Origin: Takakia lepidozioides
Taxonomy: Eukaryota > Plantae > Bryophyta
Direction: 5' to 3'
NCBI GenBank assembly: GCA_030704615.1
Contig: CM060734.1
Coordinates: 13,578,001-13,642,000 of the forward strand
Length of the DNA: 64,000 nt
The notes beneath the pieces were generated by a model that searched no databases, was not told the origin of the DNA, and saw only the letters and a list, made by a program, of their open reading frames with translations. Made by a program: the position numbers and the translations under genes. Position 1 is the first letter of the stretch; each line of letters starts with the position of its first letter. Shown here piece by piece: positions 57,171 through 64,000 of this stretch.

Positions 57171-60100
57171 TCAATGATTTCTGGAATCCCTAAGGAGGAG
57201 TTTGTGCAGCTCGTTCACGCTCAACGCCGGTGCATGAATAAAGTCATCAATAGTCACGTTCATCCTCAACCTCTTCAGGTAGATGTAATACAGATGCTTG
57301 CACGGATAATACTTCGAACCCTTCTTTGCTTCTATCAACGAGAAGTCCGTACAATTGCAAGTCGGCTCCACTCCAATCGTAATTGTGTATACATCGTCGC
57401 GTACAGCCGAGCCGGCCGTTGCCATCCGATACACACGCCTAAGGCCGGGTGGGGGTACGTCCACGGAGCTCTGAATAGTGCAAGCCATCCCAAGAGCATT
57501 GGCAATCCGAGTCTCATTCAACTTGTTGGGAGGGTGTCGTCTCTTCACTCTTCCGAATCGCATTGTGGGATGTGCAGAATTGTCCAATCCGTCTCTACTG
57601 GACCGAGCAGTCTGCAATGGCTGGGTCTGAGGAACCGGAAATGCGTGGGCCGGGATGTCTGTGCGTTGCACCATTCGAAATCCTGCTGCAAATAGAGCAT
57701 CCGCCTCATTCTGAGAGAGGCTGCAACCCGGTGCAACAGGCCAGACGCCCGGAGGCTCCGGCATTCCTTGAATCCCGTACTTGGGCTTGCCAAATACACA
57801 GGTCATTATGTCGTGCCTACAGAACCAAATGTCTGCGTTGTGGCGTGAGCAAATGTGGGAGTCAAAAATCTGCCGCTGAAACAAGGTGTAGGTACAGCAC
57901 CATGTGGGTTCCTCCGAATCATCTCACCACAACGTGCTCTCGTATCCACCCGGATGGCGCAGCACTTCCCTCGAAATGCCGGCAATGTCCTCGTAATTCT
58001 CCACTGTGACTCCGACACTCTTGTCTCCACAATGGGAATGTTGTACTGCTTTACTACAGATGGCTCGTTATGTTGCCGGGGCACGCGCCCTGTGCTCAAA
58101 GGAGATGGCGATCTTGAACGTGCAGGACTTGCGGTGCTCGACGAGACCTCCTCGGGCAACATCACGGGACCACGAGGGAGCGTGCGAATATTCTTGTCAG
58201 CTCGCCATGAATCCTCTTCTCCGCCAGGTGCCTCGTCAAGTCTTCGTCTCACTGGACGGGTATGAACATCTCCTTCCAAATGTTGGCCTCTTCGCAGCAA
58301 TGGCGTGTCCCGAAGGCCCTCTCGCAAGGCCGCCGCCCACTTCCGAGGATTCTTCGATCTAGAGGCAGTCCGCATCAGCATTTCCTGCCTGTCCGGCCCC
58401 AAGCCCCACTGTTTCCCTTTCAAGAACTCGTTGTACCTGCATTGCTGCATAATTGACCTCACAATGTCCTCCGTTGTGGCAGTGAGGATGTCCACCAGAT
58501 GCGCCGTAGAGGAGGCACGCCAGGAAGAGTGCACTGATTCGGCCATGTTTGTCGTGGGCATGTCGGTGTCGGAGTCGAGACACATTTCCTGCACAAGCAC
58601 ATGTTCAGGTTACAAGCAAGTTACAAATATGGCCAAGAATAATATTCAACGGGACGCGAATTCGTGCAACTCACCTCCCGCATATAGTCGCCGAACTGGA
58701 GGAAACGATAATGCCACCATGCTAGCCAACTGACCATTGCTCCCTCGTCTGATTTCCTTACAGCACCTGACGATGTCCACCAAACCCCTATGCATGCAAA
58801 CTGTGTCTCTGCATCATCCAAGGTGGGAGCGCGCTTCCACGCAAGGCACATGGAACGGTGCTCCTCTCTGAAATCTGGCGCCACGAGCCTGGTTGTATAC
58901 TGCGAAAGGCTCTGCAGAAAATGGAACCCACAAGATCTCTCCTTGCCTTCCATGGGAACATTGGGGTCTTGCCCGTACACCCTTCGGATGGCAGCCCAAT
59001 TTGCTTGTGCGTTGTCCGCCATGAAACCACGGAAATTGGGAGGGGCAATCCCGCCTTGGCCATCTGTTCGTTTATTCCCTGCCAAAGAAGCATCTCCGAT
59101 TGTGTGTCCTCTCCTTTCATCTCACAAATAGCAATTGTCATTAGCATCCTGCAGTGGGTGTCGTAGACATGTGCACCCATTGTCACCCACTGGTGATTTG
59201 TAATTCGCTTGATATGGTCGAACATGACCCAACTGTTTGACAAGTTCCCACTCGTCATCCTGTCGACCAGTTCGACGCCGCTGCCAGGTCCACACGTGGA
59301 CATTTTGAATACGAAACAACGATCTGCCTCAGTCCCTTGTCCTGGAAACCTACTTCCATGAATGTAGTCATATCCACATCGTCGCTTCACCTCCAGAATG
59401 GAGTGCATATCCGAGCCACGCCCAAATTTCTGTTTGCATGAGACAATGTGGTTTCGGACATTCGGTGAACATACATGGGACACCGACTCCAGCAATGCCT
59501 CCATTTCCTTCTCGTCGAGAGGAACTCTATCGGAGCCGTCTTCCGACATAATTCTGGCCAATGCCATCTTATGGGCGACTTGGAGCTGTATCTGTTTGGG
59601 TTTGGCACCCGGTCTCAACTTAACCTCCTCCTGAACGAGCTGCTCTGCTTCGTGGGCAGCCTCCCGCGAGTTCCCCCTCGCCAATTTGTGACAATGGGAA
59701 CCAACGTGTATGCAAGCTCGGGTGAGGTCAGGGAAACGGTGCAACACATAGAACTGCTTGGCATTACAAATAGACATGCAGTGTGGTGGTTCTTTGCAAT
59801 GCGCACACTTAAATGTGGAGTTTGGAACCTTCTCCTGAGCTCGAAATGGTTGGTGAGCTGTGCCTGTCCAATCGGTCTCGTTCCTGTGACCTCTGGATTT
59901 AAAGTGGAAGCAAGTTGGGGAGAAACACCGCAACGCGCCCGCACAAACAACGTAGCGCACCCGCACACCATCGAGCATCTTCATGCTGGTGGTTTTGGTA
60001 ACGCACCAAGGATGACCGTCATGTTTTCTATCCATATCTGTCAACATTCCGGGCGCCCTCGAGTAGTCCGCCCGATGAGGGAACTCAAAGAAGATATTAC

Positions 60101-60760
60101 CGTCGACGTCGGCGGGAAGGCATGTAACCGATTTAATTGCGAACTTGCTGTAGTCCAGCCCGGCCAGCTCCGACCGGTGTCCTTCCAGGTGAAGCCCTCG
60201 CAGAATTTCAAGAATAGATCGAACTGAGGTGCTCGTGCTGGGAATATGACTCCCTCCTCCACTGACGTCCATTGAGGACTTGCCTGATCTCCAGGACGAC
60301 CTCGGAACTTCCATGACCTCGTCTGAGTCGGACAGGTTGTGAACAACCCGGTTCTTGCTCGTCTTCATGGATGGGTTCGGCTCTGGATTTACTTCGTTGC
60401 GGACTTCTCTCTTTGAGGTAGCCACTCTCTGATTCGCGGATTGTTTCGTGGAAGGCGCCAGGATAGAAGGTGCATTTGGCGGGCAAATGAAGTCCCCAAC
60501 AGCCCTGTATATGACGCTGTCCGATGGTGGAACTCGCCATTCCCTGCCATCGCCGAAATCATCGTGGAGCACAACAATACTCTCAACAACAAGGCCGTTA
60601 GAGTCCTTCCTTTCCTCCTCCAAAAAAACCGACCCCGGTTTCAGGTGGTATCGAACGCACAGATATTTCTCCATCACCCGGCAGGTGTCCCTCTGCACGG
60701 AAAGGAAGCTCTATGCTCGTGAGGAGGGCAGTACACTGTAGCGCTCGGGTTTTCCGCCAT
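57171..60760 (-). pseudogene. MULE-type transposase of element C, near complete with a few frameshifts
   Basis: The catalytic candidates are all present: MFDH, GFMADN, CGFH, TTNMAES. It has one intron (~58589-58674), an N-terminal Cys/His domain and a C-terminal SWIM (CNCTDF...PCKH). Frameshifts lie near 60700, 59040 and 57820. Confidence 0.88.
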
Positions 60761-61059
60761 GGGAGATGTGCACACAAGACTGCCAGGATGGCGTGCTGGG
60801 AAGCTCCCTGGTAGAAGGGGGTGCAGCGATGGGAATGAATGCGATGCCGATTTGTCCGAGCGACGAAGCCTGATCCAAATCCAGGGAGCCAACTATCTCA
60901 AAAATACACAGTCAGAGTGTTAATGAACCTTGTCTCCGGAATGCGGCCCCTGGTCTTTGCGCAATAACTGCCAACGGTATGCAGTCAGAAAGTGGGGGGC
61001 CGTCCGGATGATGACGGCTGAAGGGGAGAAGCCGGCACCGTGCCGTCACATTACTACCC

Positions 61060-62940
61060 CCGAATGGAAATTCGGCACCCAATATCCAACAGAGGAAGCC
61101 CGGATGAAGTCGCCTCGGGCTCAGAGGCCGGCGCATGTGCGACAGAGAACATCCCCTGGATGAAGATTCGGCGCCGAATTTCCATCCGGGTCGTGTCGGG
61201 GGGTCAGGCCGAAAACTGGACGGCATCAAAACATCCCCAGATGGAAAAACGGCGCCGAATTTCCATCCGAGGCGGTTCGGATGCAGTCGGGGAGGGGGGA
61301 GTCGCCGGCACTTGGCCGTCACATTTCAACCCCCGGACGGAAATTCGGCACCGAATATCGAACAGGGGACGCCCGGATGAAGTCGCCTCCGGCGTAGAGG
61401 TCGGCACGTGTTCGACAGAGAGCATCCCCTGGATGGAATTCGGCGCCGAATTTCCATCCGGTCCCCCCAAAGGAAGTCTTTTCGGGGGGTCAGACCGAAA
61501 ACTGGCCGACATAAAAACCTCCCCACATGGGAAAACGGCGCCGAATTTCAAGCCGGGGCCGTTCCAATGCAGTCGGGGAGGGGGGAGGTCGGCACCTGGC
61601 CGTCAATTTCAACCCCCGGACGGAAATTCGGCACCGAATATCCAACAGAGCGGCGGAGAGGCGGCACCTCTCCGACAGAGACCATCCCCCGGATGGAAAT
61701 TCGGCGCCGAATTTCCATCCTACAGGTAAGTGGAATCCCGGATGGATGGAAATTCGGCGCCGAATTTCCATCCGGCAGGTAAGTGGAATCCCGGATGGAT
61801 CCAAATTCGGCGCCGAATTTCCATCCCGCAGGTAATTGGAATCCCGGATGGAACGAAATTCGGCGCCGAATTTCCATCCAGTAGGTAAGTGGAATCCCGG
61901 ATGGAACAAAATTCGGCGCCGAATTTCCATCCTGCAAGTAACTCGAATCCCGGATGAATGGAAATTCGGCGCCGGATTTCCATCCAGCAGGTAAGTGGAA
62001 TCCCGGATGGATGGAAATTCGGCGCCGAAAATCCATCCAGCAAGTAAGTCGGATCGCTGGCGTATGGATATTCGGCGCCGAATTTCCATTTGCCATGAAT
62101 TTCATCGCTCAGAATTACCTTCCTGCAGGTAATTCCCAGATGAGAATTACCTTCGTGCAGGTAATTCGCAGATGGAAATTACCTTCCTGCAGGTAATTCC
62201 TATCGATGCCGGTAGGAAGGTAATTCCTCGTTCAGATTTACCTGCACGAAGGTAATTCTGAGCGAGGAATTACCTTCAGGAAGGTAATTCTGAACGGGGA
62301 ATTACCTGCAGGAAGGTAATTCTTAGCGATGAAATACATGGCGAATGGAAATTCGGCGCCGAATATCCATACGCCAGCGATCCGACTTACCTGCAGGATG
62401 GAAATTCGGCGCCGAATTTCCATTCATCCGGTATTCGAATTACATGCCGGATGGAAATTCGGCGCCTGATTTCCACCCGCCCACTTCCGAATTACCTGCG
62501 TGAGGGAAATTTGGCGCGACGCCCTACCTGCGCGGATGGAAATTCGGCGCCGGATTTCCATCCGCGCGCTTCGGAATTACCTGCGTGAGGGAAATTTGGC
62601 GCGACGCCCTACCTGCGCGGATGGAAATCTGGCGCCGGATTTCCATCTGCGCGCTTCGGAATTACCTGCGTGAGGGAAATTTGGCGCGACGCCCTACCTG
62701 CGCGGATGGAAATCCGGCGCCGGATTTCCATCCGCGCGCTTCGGAATTACCTGCGTGAGGGAAATTTGGCGCGACGCCCTACCTGCGCGGATGGAAATTC
62801 GGCGCCGGATTTCCATCCGCGCGATTCCGAATTACCTGCGTGAGGGAAATTTCCAGCGCCGCCTACCTTGCTGGATGGAAATTCGGCGCTCCGAATTACC
62901 TGCAGGATGGAAATCCGGCGCCGGAATTCCATCGTGCAGC
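61060..62940. repeat. Element C palindrome array (~24 copies)
   Basis: The 30-bp perfect palindrome GGATGGAAATTCGGCGCCGAATTTCCATCC recurs in ~52-bp and ~85-bp units, with AATTACC/GGTAATT motifs. Confidence 0.95.
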
Positions 62941-63145
62941 GCTCCGAATTACCTCTACGTTAGAAATTCCGGGACTGTTTACGTCGATTTTCATCCGACA
63001 TGGAGGGCTTCATCCGACATTTAATTGCGCAGTTGGGCAATAAATGTCGACCGCCGTCGGTTATCATTCGGGCTGGCGACGCATGGCTTCCTGGACACGT
63101 ACCCTAAATCTCATGCTAATCTTGGCTTAACATGCTATTCGAGGC

Positions 63146-63360
63146 ATGTACCCCAAAAAAAAGATCTTTTGTCTGGGACTTATGCCGCCTGAAGGGCGTG
63201 GCTCTCCTGAGAGAGACCTCACATCCAGACCGCGGCGGAAGTTGAAAGCTCTGTACTACGGACGACGGCCAATCTCTCGCATGGCCAAACTGAAGCTCCA
63301 GCAGGAGATTCCAGTGTCTTGCTCACAACCTGCGCCAACTGAAGTCGAGTACTCTCAGGC
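63146..63360 (+). CDS. Probable first exon of the element C cargo gene
   Basis: RPRRKLKALYYGRRPISRMAKLKLQQEI aligns with B RPRRKLRKLYFGRRPMPKGRKQMRLQEEI and lies in the same position relative to the array. Confidence 0.65.
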
Positions 63361-64000
63361 AAGCCACTTCTGCTTTCGGTTTGTTCGATTTATTTTTTGC
63401 TTTCGCTTTGTTACCTCGCTTTGTTTTTGCATCTTCATCTTGGTTTCGCTGTATGAGTGAACATTAGATAGTTGAGTGAACCTTAGATTGTTTGCAATGT
63501 GTGTGCAAATCCGGCAGCTCTGGAGAAGGCTGCTTGTGCATGTCATTCTCAGGCAATGGTTGCATTTGTTTTCATTGTTGTTGCATGGCTCTCCATACTT
63601 CCTAAACTTGTTATGTTTTCATTTTTGCTACATGATTGTTGCTATGGTGGTTGCGGTGCTCGTTGCGATGCTGCTTTTTGCACCGATGTTGGTTTTCACG
63701 ATTTTTGTCAATGACAGAGTGACGACGAGCCCGGCACGCTGGTGGTATCATCGACAGCTCCAACTCATCGCATGTTTGAATCGCCCAACTTGGGGCGAGA
63801 AGGCAAACTTAAGCCTTTTGTTGGTGGACGGGAGGACTTGCAACGACAGTACGACAGAGTAGGCATTGGGGAGGTTGGTGCAGGCGGCATGGCAGGTGAA
63901 GGGCGTGAGGACATGAGGACAGCAGATCCGGCAATGGAGGTTGATCATGCACATGCAGTAGGGCCCGCCCACGCAAAGAAAAAGAAGAAAGCTAAGCACA

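Larger units (their letters stand above)
56338..64000 (-). mobile_element. MULE-like element C: right end, transposase, palindrome array, start of cargo gene; runs off the window
   Basis: Begins GAGGTTTGCTATTTCATGAGC with CATGAGC repeats, matching the right end of B. It has the same gene layout as B in reverse orientation. Confidence 0.9.

Overview
This is land-plant nuclear DNA, probably from a non-seed plant (inference). Positions 1-8.9 kb hold the 3' eleven exons of a MIRO mitochondrial Rho GTPase gene, with a TSD-flanked LINE fragment in one intron. The remaining ~54 kb is a nested, rearranged transposon field of Ty3/gypsy fragments plus at least five pieces of one unusual Mutator-like (MULE) DNA-transposon group. 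These elements have short imperfect ~21-bp TIRs (GGGGGCTGCTATTTCATGAGC / GAGGTTT[A/G]CTATTTCATGAGC), CATGAGC subterminal repeats and 8-bp TSDs. They encode a Cys/His-rich + DDE + SWIM transposase. Divergently, they carry a spliced cargo gene with a ParB/Srx-like domain (WDGNHRLLAW). In element A this gene continues into a prokaryote-type beta-class amino (N4C/N6A) DNA-methyltransferase fold (DIPDG...DLxxGTGAS...RH[V/L]F[A/G]xE), and a second copy of that domain lies on a separate fragment (D). Each subfamily also carries a tandem array of about 20-24 copies of its own palindrome next to or inside the cargo gene. One element with both ends (20615-31192, TSD GTTTGAGC) sits inside the palindrome array of a sister element. 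The best candidate for an undescribed system is this transposon-borne ParB-methyltransferase plus cognate palindrome array, possibly a self-marking or anti-silencing module (inference). All copies here are damaged or truncated. No database search was possible, so novelty is unverified.
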